64,000 nt of DNA. It comes from an uncultured delta proteobacterium (lineage in GTDB: Bacteria > Desulfobacterota > Desulfomonilia > Desulfomonilales > Desulfomonilaceae). The stretch lies in NCBI GenBank assembly GCA_963789265.1, contig CAWBKB010000003.1:224001-288000 (forward strand), read 5' to 3'. The translations under genes and the position numbers were made by a program. The notes below the pieces were generated by a model. The model made no database searches. It was not told the DNA's origin and worked only from the letters and a program-made list of their open reading frames with translations. This document shows positions 20,041-31,212 of this stretch, in pieces. The first letter of the stretch is position 1; each line of letters opens with the position of its first letter.

Positions 20041-22383
20041 GTGACGATCATGGTTGATATCCGGAAAAGGTTTTCACTTAGGCTCGGACTTTTCGCCGCA
20101 GCGCTTATGTCCCTGGTTTCCGTCGTAACTCTCTGTAGCGTGCTTCCCGATTATCGCGACGCCGTGAACGAACAGCGGAGCCGCACGGGCGTCACCGTGA
20201 CGGACCGTAACAACCGGCTCCTAAGGCTGTTACCTGACGGGAAAGGCCGCTTCTGTCTTTGGTGCGGCAGAAAACAGATCCCACAGTCTCTCAAACTTGC
20301 CTTTATCGCGGCCGAGGACCGGAGGTTCTATTACCATTGCGGATTTGATCCCATAGCTATACTCCGAGCCGCGTTCACTAATCTGCGGCGGTGGAGAACG
20401 GTGTCCGGGGCTTCCACTATAACGGAGCAAGTGGTTCGTTTGATCCATCCAAGGCCGAGAACGTATCTCACCAAGATGTTGGAACTCCTGGAAAGTGTGA
20501 AAATGGAAAGTCAGCTTTCCAAGGATGAAATTCTCGAACTCCTTCTTAATCTCTCACCCATGGGAGGAAATCTGCGCGGAGTAGGCGCAGCGGCAAGACT
20601 TTATTTCGGCAAGGATGTTGAGCGGATAAGTACGGCCGAAGCAGCGATACTTGCCGCAATCCCACGCTCTCCGTCGCGATACGACTCTCGTAAAGCCGCG
20701 GGCAGGAAACGTCTGCTGGCCGCAAAAGACCGCATCCTCAGACGCATGGCTGCGCTTGGATGGACGTCTCCGGAACAACTGAAACTAATGATCGGATCGG
20801 CTGTTCTTTTGGTAAGGAGGGCCATTCCTCTAGAGGCCCCACACTTGGTTGACCTGCTAGTCAGGCGGGAGCCGGACCGGCAAAATACTATCAAGACCAC
20901 TGTGGACCTGGAGATTCAACGGTCTCTCGAGCGCATACTTCTATCCCACAAGGATCGCTTAGCTGCAATGGGCATTCGTCAGGCCGGGGCCATAGTAATT
21001 GCAGCACAAAGCGGCGAAGTGCTCGGCATAGTAGGTTCCTTCAGTTACTCCAACCGGGCGCAAGGGTACAACAATGCCGTTCTTGCACGGCGCAGCGCGG
21101 GTTCCACGCTCAAGCCATTTCTGTATGCCCTGGCTTTGGAAAAAGGTTACAACGGCTTTTCCGAGATTCCCGACACATTCAGGAGCTATCCTACTCCTCA
21201 CGGGGATTATCTTCCGTATAACGCAGACCGTCGCTGGTACGGGCCGGTAACGATACGTTTAGCTCTGGGCAATTCGCTGAATATGCCGGCTGTGAAGTTG
21301 TTGAGATCTCTTGGCGTCAATGAGTTCTACAAGCTGCTGGCGCGCCTGGACTTAGTTGACAATCCTTCGATGCCGCCCGAAAGCTACGGGCTTGGTTTAG
21401 CCATCGGAAATTTGGATGTGAACTTGTATGACCTTGCTCAGGCGTACGCAACGTTAGCCCGGAAAGGTATGTTCAAACCTTTGAGGCTGACCCTTGACCG
21501 AAAAACCGCAGAAACGAGGATCTTCTCCCCCGAGGCTGTGTACGCAATCAACAACATTCTGGCAGACCCGACCGCTCGCCTGTTGACCTTCGGCAACCCG
21601 GCGTTCTTCGATTTCGGCTTTCCAGTGTGCGTCAAGACCGGCACCAGCAGCAGCTACCGCGATTGTTGGATAATCGCTTATACGTCGAGGCACGTGGTGG
21701 GCATCTGGGCCGGCAACTTCGACGGGCGTCCGACCAGTGGCGGAGCCGGCGCTACCGCGCTCGGCCCCATCGCTAAAGAAATCATGGAGCATCTTTATGC
21801 CGCGGGGGAACCCGAACCGTTTGTAAATCCCCCAGGAGTGCGGGTGGTATCCATTTGTTGGCCGTCGGGTAAGCTGGCATCCCCGAGATGTCCCCACGTG
21901 ACCAAGGAGTTGCTTTTGCCCGGACACAAAGCGCCAGAATTGTGCGATCTTCCCCACGAGCAGGCCGAGAATTACTACTTAGGGTCGCAATATGCCGACT
22001 GGATACAGCGTCGCGAGGTACGACAAGGCCGAGGGAGGTTCCGTCTGGTTAGCCCTGAAATGGAGCTCCCGGGATCGGTCGCGGCACACGAAAACGCTTT
22101 TGCTATGTGGCGCGGCGCGGCTGAGACGACTTCGAGCATCGAGATCGTTTCGCCACACAACTCCGACCGATTCATCCTCTCCCCTCATACTTCTTCTCGT
22201 GTCCTTTTTCGTGCCGTTCCCCATCCTGTCGTGGATCATGTCGTTTGGCTCGTGGATGGAGTTGAAATCACCAGCACACCCCCACCCTATGAGTACTTTT
22301 GGAAGCTTGTCCGTGGCCGGCACACGGTTTATGCAGTTACCCCAAATGGAGCGGCCGCTCAAGTGACTTTTCAAGTGGATTAG
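20041..22383 (+). CDS. pbpC: Penicillin-binding protein 1C
   Basis: Transglycosylase EDRRF, GASTITEQ; transpeptidase GSTLKPF, SLN, KTGT; C-terminal BiPBP-like domain (WLVDG..GRHTV). Confidence 0.9.
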   Translation: MTIMVDIRKRFSLRLGLFAAALMSLVSVVTLCSVLPDYRDAVNEQRSRTGVTVTDRNNRLLRLLPDGKGRFCLWCGRKQIPQSLKLAFIAAEDRRFYYHCGFDPIAILRAAFTNLRRWRTVSGASTITEQVVRLIHPRPRTYLTKMLELLESVKMESQLSKDEILELLLNLSPMGGNLRGVGAAARLYFGKDVERISTAEAAILAAIPRSPSRYDSRKAAGRKRLLAAKDRILRRMAALGWTSPEQLKLMIGSAVLLVRRAIPLEAPHLVDLLVRREPDRQNTIKTTVDLEIQRSLERILLSHKDRLAAMGIRQAGAIVIAAQSGEVLGIVGSFSYSNRAQGYNNAVLARRSAGSTLKPFLYALALEKGYNGFSEIPDTFRSYPTPHGDYLPYNADRRWYGPVTIRLALGNSLNMPAVKLLRSLGVNEFYKLLARLDLVDNPSMPPESYGLGLAIGNLDVNLYDLAQAYATLARKGMFKPLRLTLDRKTAETRIFSPEAVYAINNILADPTARLLTFGNPAFFDFGFPVCVKTGTSSSYRDCWIIAYTSRHVVGIWAGNFDGRPTSGGAGATALGPIAKEIMEHLYAAGEPEPFVNPPGVRVVSICWPSGKLASPRCPHVTKELLLPGHKAPELCDLPHEQAENYYLGSQYADWIQRREVRQGRGRFRLVSPEMELPGSVAAHENAFAMWRGAAETTSSIEIVSPHNSDRFILSPHTSSRVLFRAVPHPVVDHVVWLVDGVEITSTPPPYEYFWKLVRGRHTVYAVTPNGAAAQVTFQVD

Positions 22384-22450
22384 AGCCATTCTCGAAAGTA
22401 ATCATGGATTGTAAAGAGCGATTCCTGTGAATAGTAGCACCGGCCTCCGG

Positions 22451-22660
22451 AGACTGTCTCAAAACTATTTTGATGCCCGGAATCGTGCTACGATGTCAGC
22501 CTGGTGGGCATTTTCGGTGCCCTCACCCCAGCCCTCTCTCAGAGGGAGAGGGAGCTGATCCAAGGTCTCTATTAACGTTCCCTCGCCCTTTGGGAGAGGG
22601 TCAGGGTGAGGGAATTTCGTGGTACGATTGCATCCAGTTCAAGAGTTTTGAGACAGTTTC
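22451..22660 (-). mobile_element. MITE copy 2, inverted relative to copy 1
   Basis: Diverged reverse complement of 19802-20010 with the same TIRs. Confidence 0.8.
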
Positions 22661-22823
22661 TCCGCGCCGGTGGCCCATTCCCTCCAAAATCAACCACGCC
22701 GCAGGCGTGGCCGGCAAGGACGCCGGCACTACTGATTCTTCTCGATGCCGGTATTGGATTACGTGAAAACTTTCGAGAACCGCTGTAGACTTCGACAGGT
22801 TGACCCGCCATTGTCCAAGACTT

Positions 22824-22997
22824 ATGGCAATTGCCAAAAATAATGTCCAACCAGGCAACCTCGGCAAGACCGCGCTCGTCATTCCGGCCAACTCCGGACA
22901 GGCGTCCGGAGCAAGAGCCGGAATCCAGATTCTGGACCCCGGATCGAGTCCGGGGTGACGGTCTCTTTCCCGCAAATCGGACAAAATTTTCGGCAAT
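22824..22997. repeat. MITE-like element containing CGTC-type REP hairpins
   Basis: cgtcattccggc...gccggaatccag...ctggaccccgg...ccggggtgacg between ttgccaaaaat / aaattttcggcaa ends. Confidence 0.6.
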
Positions 22998-23096
22998 GAA
23001 TGTTGGATGCCTCCTCAAGAGGATTTTGTAGTAATAGGTAGGGGCGAGTTTGAAACCAGTTCTATCAAAAAGCTTTCTCACACGGGGCTATACTTT

Positions 23097-25766
23097 ATGA
23101 GATTCATATTTGCCAATCACGACCGCTCAACCCAAATAGCGAAAATTCGCAACGGAATCGGAGATTATCGCGCCCAAGGAGCGTCCGACCCCAGGCATTT
23201 TCAAATGCATCAAGCTTATGACGATCTGTTGGCACAACTGGCAGACCACTTTCTTGGCCACTGGAAGAACGAAATTGCCCTGCTGGGACTCGGAGGGTAC
23301 GGGCGCAAGGAAATGAGTCCGTACTCGGACATCGACATTCTCTTTCTACGCCCTGAAAATGCCCCCGAAGGCATCTATAGAGGAATACGAAACCTGCTGT
23401 ACCTGCTGTGGGACGCACGAATAGAGCTGGGTCACTCGGTACGGACCGTCGAGGAATGTAAGCGGGAGGCAGACAATGACCTGGCCGTTCTCACCTCACT
23501 CATGGATACTCGCCACGTCTGGGGAAATGAAAGTATCTATCGAAAACTGGCCGTAACGAGAGAGAGGCTCATACTGGATACCGACCCGCTGGAGTTGTAT
23601 CTCAAGATAGAGGCAGAGATTCACAAATCTTACGACAAGTTCGGGCATACCCTCTACCTTTTGGAACCTCATCTGAAGGAAGGCCCCGGCTCGTTACGAT
23701 ATATCCAGTTGATCGCTTGGCTTGCCCGGATGATCTTCGGGTGCCGGGGCCTCGACGATTTGCCTATAGCCGGGATCTGCGGTCGCAAAGCGCTTGAAGA
23801 GGTCAAGGAAGGAACGTGTTTCCTTGCCGAAGTCCGGACTAGACTCCATTTCCTTGCAGGCAGGCGCGATGATCGCCTCAAGTTCGACGCGCAGGACATT
23901 CTTGCCGCGGAAATGGGGTTTGAAGACACGGCAGAGCACCGCGACGTCGAGGGTTTCATGCGTGAATATTATCGACACGCAGCGACCCTCGATTTTTTCG
24001 GCCGACGTGTTCTGGCCCGAGTTCGGCTGTTTCTGAGGCCCAAAATCGCTACAGGTGTGAAACGTTTGAAGCTGGACGATTCATTTTACATAGGGGCGGG
24101 CGGTATAAATCATTTCCACCCCAATAACTTTGGTGCCGACCCCAAGACACTCATCCATGCATTTCAGAAGATCGCCGAAACCGGGTGCGACCTGGATATC
24201 AGGCTTGTGGATCTGATTCTCAAACGACTTCGATCTTTGGGAGAGGAAGTGGCCTCTGATAGCGAGGCAAGCAATCTTTTTCTGGACATGTTTCGGAGAA
24301 GCGGTTCGGTTGCACGGGCCTTGAACGCCATGATGAAGATAGGACTTCTGGAGCGCTTCGTCCCAGAATTTGCTTGGGTGCGCTTTCTGCCTCAACATGA
24401 TGTGTACCACCAATATACGGTGGACCTTCACACCGTCGCGGTCCTCGAGAATATCGATTCGTTCAACCGTCCCAGCGACGATCCCGAAGACGCCTTGCTT
24501 CACACCATTTTCTCCAAGCTGGAAGACCGCGAAGTTCTCTACTTGGCCGGCCTTTTCCATGACGTTGGCAAAGGGAGGGGGCCGGGCCACGAAGTGCGGG
24601 GTGAAGAGACGGCAAGGTCGGCTCTCGTACGCTTGGGCCTATCCGCAGAGCACATAGATGAAGTCTGTTTCCTCATACGCAATCATTTGGCTATGACTCA
24701 CCTGGCTTTCAAGAAAGATCTCCACGATGAAGCGCTCGTGGGACGCTTTGCCGAAACCGTTATGCATAAACGGCGACTCGACTTGCTTATGCTGCTCACA
24801 CATGCGGACTTGAGAGCGGTGGGCCCGACGGCGCTCAGCTCCTGGCGGAAAATGTTGCTGGACGAGTTATATTACAGAACCCTAGATGTCATCGGAGGCG
24901 AAGGCCTCGGTGGAGAAGATTTGGGAGACTGGATCAAACAAATAAAAGCGGTTGTCCGCGACCTTGTGCCCTCGGAACACAGGGGGCCGGCATTGGAACA
25001 ATACCTGGCTTCAGCGGGTTCTCGCTACTTTCTGGATTTTTATCCCGGAGTGATCGCGGAGCATTATCTCGATCTCCAAAATTACTTAGTAGCCCACGGT
25101 CTCACCAGCCTTGGACTAGGCGACATGATGGCGAGAAAGGTGGACCACCAAAGGCCGGCTTATAGCTCTATCACTTTGATCACCCACGACAGACCCGGCC
25201 TTTTCTTCAGAATTTCGGGAACTCTCTCGGTGAACCGGATTAATATCCTGGGAGCCTGGAGTCACACCATAGGTGATGTAGCCGTGGGAACGTTTCACGT
25301 CAACGACATTCCAGAGGGAGCCCTGGATGATCCTGAACGCTGGGAGCAGTTTTGTGCCGATTTCGCGCGTGTGATAAGTGGTGAGGCCGACGTGGATGAG
25401 CTGATGGCAGCCAGAAGGTCCATGAGAAAGCCTTTTCCCACAGCCTTCAGACCGCGGTTCCCGTTGAAAGTGGAAATCGACAATGCTGCTTCGGACCGAG
25501 CAACGATTATAGAGGTCAACGCTCACGACCGTCCCGGCCTTCTTTACGACATCACCCGTCGACTTACGGCTCTAGGACTCGATATAGTCGTGACCAAAAT
25601 TACCACCGAAGTAGATCAAGCCGCGGACATCTTCTACGTGCAGGATAAAAATGGACTCAAAATTATTGACTTCGACCGTCTGGAAGAGATTAGAACCAGT
25701 CTGCACGACCATCTAGTGGCTATGGAGGAGTCGCAGTTCACGGAGCCGAAAGAAGCATCAGGCTAA
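23097..25766 (+). CDS. glnD: [Protein-PII] uridylyltransferase / uridylyl-removing enzyme
   Basis: GGYGR..SDIDI, EPHLKEGPGSLR, YHQYTVDLH, FHDVGKGR, two C-terminal ACT domains (DRPGL). Confidence 0.95.
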   Translation: MRFIFANHDRSTQIAKIRNGIGDYRAQGASDPRHFQMHQAYDDLLAQLADHFLGHWKNEIALLGLGGYGRKEMSPYSDIDILFLRPENAPEGIYRGIRNLLYLLWDARIELGHSVRTVEECKREADNDLAVLTSLMDTRHVWGNESIYRKLAVTRERLILDTDPLELYLKIEAEIHKSYDKFGHTLYLLEPHLKEGPGSLRYIQLIAWLARMIFGCRGLDDLPIAGICGRKALEEVKEGTCFLAEVRTRLHFLAGRRDDRLKFDAQDILAAEMGFEDTAEHRDVEGFMREYYRHAATLDFFGRRVLARVRLFLRPKIATGVKRLKLDDSFYIGAGGINHFHPNNFGADPKTLIHAFQKIAETGCDLDIRLVDLILKRLRSLGEEVASDSEASNLFLDMFRRSGSVARALNAMMKIGLLERFVPEFAWVRFLPQHDVYHQYTVDLHTVAVLENIDSFNRPSDDPEDALLHTIFSKLEDREVLYLAGLFHDVGKGRGPGHEVRGEETARSALVRLGLSAEHIDEVCFLIRNHLAMTHLAFKKDLHDEALVGRFAETVMHKRRLDLLMLLTHADLRAVGPTALSSWRKMLLDELYYRTLDVIGGEGLGGEDLGDWIKQIKAVVRDLVPSEHRGPALEQYLASAGSRYFLDFYPGVIAEHYLDLQNYLVAHGLTSLGLGDMMARKVDHQRPAYSSITLITHDRPGLFFRISGTLSVNRINILGAWSHTIGDVAVGTFHVNDIPEGALDDPERWEQFCADFARVISGEADVDELMAARRSMRKPFPTAFRPRFPLKVEIDNAASDRATIIEVNAHDRPGLLYDITRRLTALGLDIVVTKITTEVDQAADIFYVQDKNGLKIIDFDRLEEIRTSLHDHLVAMEESQFTEPKEASG

Positions 25767-25784
25767 GAGGAGCCGGAACGCTGC

Positions 25785-26697
25785 ATGAAAACAGTGAAAC
25801 CTTCTGAAATGGATCTTGTGGTGTCGGGGTACCTGGATCACCTGATCGTGGACAGGGGCCTTGCCCGTTTGACGGTCGAATCTGTACGGTACGGACATGA
25901 AGGACTTTTCGCGGTTTCTGGCTAGTAGGGGTGGACGAACCGCTACGAATATTCGCCGTGAGGATCTCTTGACATATCTCTCGCTGCTTGACAGTCGGCG
26001 ACTCAGTGCAAGAACAAGAGCCCGAAAAATCTCGTGCATTAGAACCTTTTTCCGATTTCTCATGGAGACAGGCCAAATCCAAGAGGACCCTTCCGATCAG
26101 ATCGATTCTCCCCGCCTCCCCAAGCGGATCCCTCAGTACCTTGAACCCGAAGAGGTCGAACTTCTCCTGTCGGCCACAGATCCGACAACGCTGGAAGGCA
26201 AGCGGGACGCTGCCATGTTGGAATTGCTGTACGCCACCGGCCTGCGAGTCTCCGAACTGGTGGAATTAGATCTCTATCGTGTGGACCTTGAGATTGGATG
26301 CGTCACGGTAATGGGGAAAGGTTCGAAGGAGAGAGTAGTCCCCATGGGAATCCCTGCTTCTCGGTCGATCATGAACTACTTGGAAGACGTGAGGCCACGC
26401 ATCCTGGGTGGGATGCGCAGTGCGGCCTTGTTCGTGACACGGCGCGGGCGGTCGATGACGCGCCAGGGATTCTGGAAAATCGTAAAGAAGACCGCTAATT
26501 GTGCGGGTATTCGCAAGCAGGTCTCTCCTCACACGCTGCGCCACTCCTTTGCAACACATTTGGTTCAGAATGATGCTGACCTGAGGTCCGTGCAGATAAT
26601 GCTCGGCCATGCGGACATTTCAACCACCGAGATTTACACCCATGTGGCTCGGCAACGCCTCAAACAACTCCACGCCTCCTGTCACCCCCGAGGATAG
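25785..26697 (+). CDS. xerD: Site-specific tyrosine recombinase XerD (one frameshift near 25883)
   Basis: N-terminus YLDHLIVDRGLARLTVES in another frame; LYATGLRVSEL, GKGSKER, SPHTLRHSFATH, LGHADISTTEIYTHV, HPRG. Confidence 0.92.
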
Positions 26698-27123
26698 AGT
26701 TTGTAACCAACGAATGTTTCTCAATAGTCGCCCGGCAGAGAATACGGAAGGATAGGTAGCGATCCCGTGGGATTAATAGGTCGCCAGCCTAATGACACCA
26801 ACTCGCCATCAAACGACAAATGCAGCACGGATCTGACAAAGCCCAGATCCGTGGCACCCAGGACCCGATCTTGACTGGATGTTGGGTGCCACTGACCTGA
26901 GCACCATCATGGCGCCAGGTCAGTGCCGTTTGCGATCGGCCCATTCTCGTTAGTTTGAAAGCGAAATGCCATGAGACCAATTGGCTGCTGGTTGCCCGCA
27001 CAGTCGTGTATGACGACATGTCGGGGCAGGTTTGAAACCTGCCCATATCAGAACACTGCGTCACTTGTGTGAAAGAGCACCGGAACTATACCCGTATAAG
27101 GGCTACCGGCCGCCCGGGCGACG

Positions 27124-28119
27124 TTATGGCCTAGGAGCCGGCGGAGGCGCCGTCCGATTTGGAGGCGGTGTACCAGGGGTCGGGACTGGGGTTCCGGGAG
27201 CGGGGGGCGCGCCTTCCTCAGGAGTCGCGGCGGTCTCCTCCTCTGTCGTTGCGCTGACAGGGTGATGCGCAGGTCTACCGATGCCCTGGCTGGACAATGC
27301 CTCACGTATGCTCTCCCGCGTTATGATCGTTCCCGGGGGGGCCGCATAAGAAGGATGGGCAAGATCCATTCCCGAGCATTTCCAGATGTAGACAAACGTC
27401 TGAAGAATGTTGTTGATCATGTTGTTGTACACGGCGTTTATATCCACATTGGTCATGATCATGTTTGTGTTGAACTTGTCCGGCGCGCGGAACAGCGCAA
27501 ACGTGTCTTCTCTCATCTGTGCGACGTAATGGTCGTTCTTGATATGTTCGAAAGTGGGCATATCCTCGGGCTTGAGCCGTTCCATGAGTTCGCCCAGCGA
27601 ATGAAAATCTCCGTATCCGTCATTATAGAGCCAGATGGGAATAACCCTATCGACCAATGTTTCATCCATAATCATCGAAAACTTTTCCAGATACTCGAGA
27701 TCCGGAAACGCCGGCATTTTCTGGAGTATGATGGAGTATGCGATCATCCCGAGCCTGCCGGACAGATTGGAAGCTGGGGTATCGAGCTTGATCTCTCCGC
27801 CTTTGAATGCCGCGACGCAATAAGGAATATCGCGGCTCAAACGCGCATACGCTTCTCTACGAATTTCCTCGATATCCAGGCATTTTTGCGGATTTATCCG
27901 AATATCACGAGTTATAAAAGTCATACCGCGCATAAAGTCATAGCGATTCTGATAGAGGTATGAGCCCATCGCCCGAGGCAGCAATCTCAGAATATCTTTT
28001 GTCACCATGTACAAGAAGCTGACATGGGTATCGTAAGGGATGTACGCCTGCACCGGCGCGGCCGCAGTCACAATTAGCAGAGCCATCACCACTATTCTGA
28101 AAAGAGTTCGGGTTGACAT
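27124..28119 (-). CDS. Hypothetical secreted helical protein with Pro-rich tail
   Basis: GGAGG RBS, signal peptide ending VQA, ~330 aa, C-terminal PPAPGTPVPTPG. Confidence 0.75.
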   Translation of the reverse strand: MSTRTLFRIVVMALLIVTAAAPVQAYIPYDTHVSFLYMVTKDILRLLPRAMGSYLYQNRYDFMRGMTFITRDIRINPQKCLDIEEIRREAYARLSRDIPYCVAAFKGGEIKLDTPASNLSGRLGMIAYSIILQKMPAFPDLEYLEKFSMIMDETLVDRVIPIWLYNDGYGDFHSLGELMERLKPEDMPTFEHIKNDHYVAQMREDTFALFRAPDKFNTNMIMTNVDINAVYNNMINNILQTFVYIWKCSGMDLAHPSYAAPPGTIITRESIREALSSQGIGRPAHHPVSATTEEETAATPEEGAPPAPGTPVPTPGTPPPNRTAPPPAPRP

Positions 28120-28262
28120 CCACGGTCCTCCTTGAGAAGACAGATTCCCCATTTGTTCGAGGAATCTCCTACCGCAAGGAGGATATCATATAATATTAAT
28201 AAAAGCAATTTAATTTCAATAGGCTAAGTACTGATTTTAATGTTAAATATAAGCGTCCCGCC

Positions 28263-30896
28263 TCATGAATATCGCCTTTTCCATTCCGCAAGCCGATTAA
28301 GCGCTTCCAATGGAGTCAGCTTTTCGGGATCGAGCTGCTCCAATTCCTTCATCAACTCGTCACCTCGGTAACCGAAAAGGTCACCCTGCAATGCCCCGCC
28401 TCCGGTCGCTTTCTTGCTGTTGCGCTTACGTGAAATCCTGGGGCGGCCACCCGGATCGATCTCTTCCTTTTCCAGATTTGAAAGTATCTCTCTTGCCCTG
28501 GATATCACCACGTCGGGAATTCCCGCCAGCCTTGCTACCTGGATGCCGTAAGACCGGCTGGAGCCTCCACGGACTATTTTCCTCAGGAAAACGATCCTAT
28601 CCTCCCATTCTCTCACTTCCACGTTATAATTGTGGACTCGTTCCTTGATGAGAGCTATGTCCACCAGTTCGTGATAGTGCGTGGCAAAGAGGGTTCTCGG
28701 ACCTCCGTCGGATCGGTCGTGCAGGTATTCCGTGACTGCCCATGCGATGGAAAGCCCATCAAAAGTGCTCGTCCCTCGGCCGATTTCATCGAGAAGGACC
28801 AGTGAACGCCGGGATGCGCTGTGAAGTATCTCTGCGGTTTCATTCATTTCCACCATGAACGTGGACTGGCCGAAGGCAAGATAATCAGCCGCGCCGATTC
28901 GGGTGAATATTCGATCGACTACTCCCACAGAGGCTTTTTGGGCAGGGACGAAGCTCCCCATTTGCGCCATGAGGACAATGAGGGCAGTCTGGCGCATGTA
29001 AGTAGACTTCCCTGCCATGTTCGGCCCCGTGATGAGGAGGATCTGTTGCGAAGTCCGGTTCAGCAGTGTATCGTTGGGCACATACGATTCCCGCTGCTCG
29101 AATGCTTCCACCACAGGGTGACGTCCCTCTACAATGCTGATTTCATCACCGTCGTGCACCTCGGGCAGCGTGTATTCCTTGGCCGCCGCAACCTCGGCCA
29201 ACGAGAGCAACACATCCAATGTAGCTATAGAAGCCGCGGTGGCTTGAATTCTCGGGATGACTTCCACAAGCTTGTTTCTCAGAAGGTTGAAGATCTCTTC
29301 TTCCAGTTTCAGAATAGTTTCTTGCGCATTCAGCACCTTGAGCTCATATTCTTTTAAATCCTCGGTGATGTATCGCTCAGCATTTACCAATGTCTGCTTG
29401 CGAGTATAGTGAGGGGGTATTTTCTCCTGATGAGACTTGGTGACTTCGATGTAGTAACCGAAAACCTTGTTGTAGCCGACCCTGAGATTCGGAATGCCGG
29501 TCAACTGCCGCTCGCGAGTTTCAATTCCCGCAATCCATTCTTTGCCGCGGTAACTGATCGACCGGAGTTCGTCCAACTCCTCGTGGTACCCTTCTCGGAC
29601 AACGCCTCCATCCTTGAGGGTAGCAGGCGGGGAATCAACTAGGACAGCAGCGATGGCGTGGGCCACATAGGAGAGGTCGTCCATCTGCCGCATTTCGAGC
29701 GCCATTGAAGTGTCCAAACATTGCAACAGATTGATTAACCGCGGTATTTTTTCCGCTGACGTGCGTAATTGAACCAGATCTCGGGGGGTAGCGCTTTTCA
29801 AGGAGATTTTTCCCGCTATGCGTTCCAGATCTCCGATGTCCTTTAAGACGTCTCGGAGTTCCGACCTCAGTATGGTATTTTCCACCAGCCCTTGGACGGT
29901 CTCGCTGCGCCGCCGGATCTCTGTTACGTCCAGCAGAGGATAAGAGATCCAGTGTCGCAATGACCGGCCCCCCATGGAGGTGGCGGTTTTGTCCAGGAGC
30001 CGCAATAGAGTCCCTTCGGTGGTCCCATCCTTGATATTCTTGAATATTTCAAGGTTCCGCAAGGTCGAGCGGTCCAGCACCATATAATTGCCCAGGTTAT
30101 ATACACGCGGAGGCTTAAGGTGTACCGGCACATCCGGCCTTGTCTGCCGCACGTAGTTGATAATGATTCCGGCAGCCAGAGTGAGAGATGAGTTATCGGA
30201 CAGGCCGAAGCCCTCAAGATTCTGCACTCTGTAATGATCGCGAAGCGTCTCCGAACATGCCTGCAGTTCCGACATCCACTCCTCCACAGTGTGGGTGTAG
30301 AACGACCCGTCAAGCATTCGGTTCAAATGGTTTTCCGAAGGCAAGTTGCCGGGAATGAGCACTTCTTTGGGATCCAGGCGGCGTAACTCTTCTGCGGCCA
30401 GTGCAATTTTCGAAGTCTGAGTAACCATGAGATCGCCGGTTGACAGGTCGAACGCAGCCAACCCGATTTCATTGGCCAGAGATGCAAGGGCAACGACGAA
30501 GTGATTCTCATCCTGTTTGAGTGTCCCGGGCTCTTCTGTCAGGCCGGGGGTGAGAACTCTTGTGACTTCACGTCGAACAATCCCTTTTGCCTGTTGAGGA
30601 TCTTCCATCTGGTCACAGACGGCGACTCTCTCACCTGCTGCCAAGAGACGAGATATATATGCCGAAACGGAATGGTGCGGAAACCCGCACATGGGCACTG
30701 ATTCTTCTTTGTTCTTGTCTCTGGTGGTGAGGGCAATGTCGAGAATCCTGGATGCCTTTTTGGCATCCTCGAAGAACATTTCGTAGAAGTCCCCCATTCT
30801 GAAAAGAAGGATAGCATCAGGATGCCGCGCCTTATTCTCTTGGTATTGGCACATCATAGGAGTGAGATTTTGTAATTCCTGCATCTTTTCCCGCAT
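28263..30896 (-). CDS. mutS: DNA mismatch repair protein MutS
   Basis: LFRMGDFYEMF, ITGPNMAGKST, STFMVEM, DEIGRGTST, ATHYHEL, SYGIQVA. Confidence 0.97.
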   Translation of the reverse strand: MREKMQELQNLTPMMCQYQENKARHPDAILLFRMGDFYEMFFEDAKKASRILDIALTTRDKNKEESVPMCGFPHHSVSAYISRLLAAGERVAVCDQMEDPQQAKGIVRREVTRVLTPGLTEEPGTLKQDENHFVVALASLANEIGLAAFDLSTGDLMVTQTSKIALAAEELRRLDPKEVLIPGNLPSENHLNRMLDGSFYTHTVEEWMSELQACSETLRDHYRVQNLEGFGLSDNSSLTLAAGIIINYVRQTRPDVPVHLKPPRVYNLGNYMVLDRSTLRNLEIFKNIKDGTTEGTLLRLLDKTATSMGGRSLRHWISYPLLDVTEIRRRSETVQGLVENTILRSELRDVLKDIGDLERIAGKISLKSATPRDLVQLRTSAEKIPRLINLLQCLDTSMALEMRQMDDLSYVAHAIAAVLVDSPPATLKDGGVVREGYHEELDELRSISYRGKEWIAGIETRERQLTGIPNLRVGYNKVFGYYIEVTKSHQEKIPPHYTRKQTLVNAERYITEDLKEYELKVLNAQETILKLEEEIFNLLRNKLVEVIPRIQATAASIATLDVLLSLAEVAAAKEYTLPEVHDGDEISIVEGRHPVVEAFEQRESYVPNDTLLNRTSQQILLITGPNMAGKSTYMRQTALIVLMAQMGSFVPAQKASVGVVDRIFTRIGAADYLAFGQSTFMVEMNETAEILHSASRRSLVLLDEIGRGTSTFDGLSIAWAVTEYLHDRSDGGPRTLFATHYHELVDIALIKERVHNYNVEVREWEDRIVFLRKIVRGGSSRSYGIQVARLAGIPDVVISRAREILSNLEKEEIDPGGRPRISRKRNSKKATGGGALQGDLFGYRGDELMKELEQLDPEKLTPLEALNRLAEWKRRYS

Positions 30897-30961
30897 GGAT
30901 TCCGTTCCACCGAAGGGAAAGTAAACTAACTTGGTAGACGCTCGTTCACGACCGGAAATTC

Positions 30962-31130
30962 TTGTCATTGCGAGTTCTGCGTACCGCGGAAAAGGGTGCC
31001 ACTGCTGGCTTGTCCAGCAGTGACTGATGGAAGAACACTGCTGGACAAGCCAGCAGTGGCACCCGGCCCGAAATATGACACAACATTTTAGGAATTGGAG
31101 TACTTGGTCGTTTCACTCCCTTCAATGACA
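30962..31130. repeat. Nested REP-like palindromes
   Basis: gggtgccactgctggcttgtccagcagtg ... cactgctggacaagccagcagtggcaccc inside gtcattgcgag / caatgaca arms. Confidence 0.75.
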
Positions 31131-31212
31131 GGGAACCGGAGATTCCCCCGCCTAACTGAATGCTTATCCACCCCGACGTGCTTATTCCATCCTGCGCGAG
31201 CCGCGATTACCG

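Noticed and set aside
19612..20044. ORFs such as MLPSPQPSPRGRG and PLPLGEGWGEG (also 22470-23081)
   Set aside because: Translations of palindromic repeats, not genes.
25785..26697. Tyrosine recombinase as a prophage or island integrase
   Set aside because: XerD-type motifs and C-terminal HPRG, housekeeping context, no att sites or phage genes.
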